NCBI GenBank assembly: GCA_002269645.1
Contig: NIVC01004439.1
Location: 1-45,856, forward strand
Reading direction: 5' to 3'
Source of the DNA: Macrostomum lignano
Lineage: Eukaryota
Length of the DNA stretch: 45,856 bases
Below, one piece after another: positions 45,501 to 45,856 of the stretch. The position numbers and the translations under genes were made by a program. The notes beneath the pieces were generated by a model. It saw only the letters and a list, made by a program, of their open reading frames with translations. It had not been told where the DNA came from and did no database searches. How positions within the stretch are numbered: position 1 is the first letter of the stretch; every line of letters starts with the position of its first letter.

Positions 45501-45626
45501 TGTTGTTACTGTTGTTGTTGGTTGTTGTTGTTGTTGTTGTTGTCGTTGTTGCTGTTGTTGCTGTTTTTGCTGCTGTTGTTGTTGTTGTTGTTGCTGTTGT
45601 TGTTGCTGTGTGTGTGTGTGTGTGTG
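45501..45626. repeat. Compound microsatellite (GTT/GCT)n followed by (GT)n
   Basis: Seen directly in the sequence. Confidence 0.95.
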
Positions 45627-45856
45627 CCTCGGACCGGAGCTCTCAGGTGATCCACTGCGGGTGGGCCACCCTCAAGAACCCTATCACCATGTTCTCCTCG
45701 CGCAGATCCTTCAGTTCACGCAGACCAGTGTGTGCCGAAGCCCGTCCCAACGCGCGCACGACCACCAGTGGTCTTTATCTTCTATGTCACCGCAGTCCTC
45801 GCAAACGCCTTCTGCTTCCAGACCAATCTTCTGCCTCCAGTACTTAGTGAGTCTGC

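Noticed and set aside
44786-45847. ORFs with Leu/Val/Cys runs suggesting membrane proteins
   Set aside because: Translations of the minisatellite and the (GTT)n/(GT)n microsatellite.

Overview
Eukaryotic nuclear DNA, probably from an invertebrate animal (GC-rich spliceosomal exons, a fibrinogen-domain gene, mini- and microsatellites). The window is dominated by two near-identical, co-oriented Polinton/Maverick (adintovirus-like) elements of about 17.7 kb, at 3914-21556 and 26245-43951. Each has ~300-bp TIRs ending in AGTAGT. Each encodes a protein-primed PolB, an adenain-type protease, a packaging ATPase, major and minor capsid proteins, a fibre-like protein, pX-like core proteins, an HNH endonuclease, a parvovirus-type PLA2 and an rve integrase. 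Many ORFs are broken by 1-bp indels, mostly in homopolymers and mostly at different positions in the two copies, so these may be consensus errors. Main discovery: in both copies a ~300-nt group I self-splicing intron (IC1-like, with P1-P10 traceable by eye and an apparent terminal A instead of G) interrupts the PLA2 Ca-binding loop (NFTG|PGT). Combining both copies, the PLA2 appears to read in frame into the integrase through a protease-site linker, and a free-standing HNH nuclease lies directly upstream. Other oddities: each TIR is itself a ~270-bp palindromic mini-element; copy 2 sits at +3 of a host 5' splice site and its AGT end rebuilds GTAAGT; GC-rich 3-nt-loop micro-hairpins are polymorphic between the copies; and the fibre's central domain is swapped between copies. 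Everything was read by eye with no database searches, so protein family calls rest on motif recognition.
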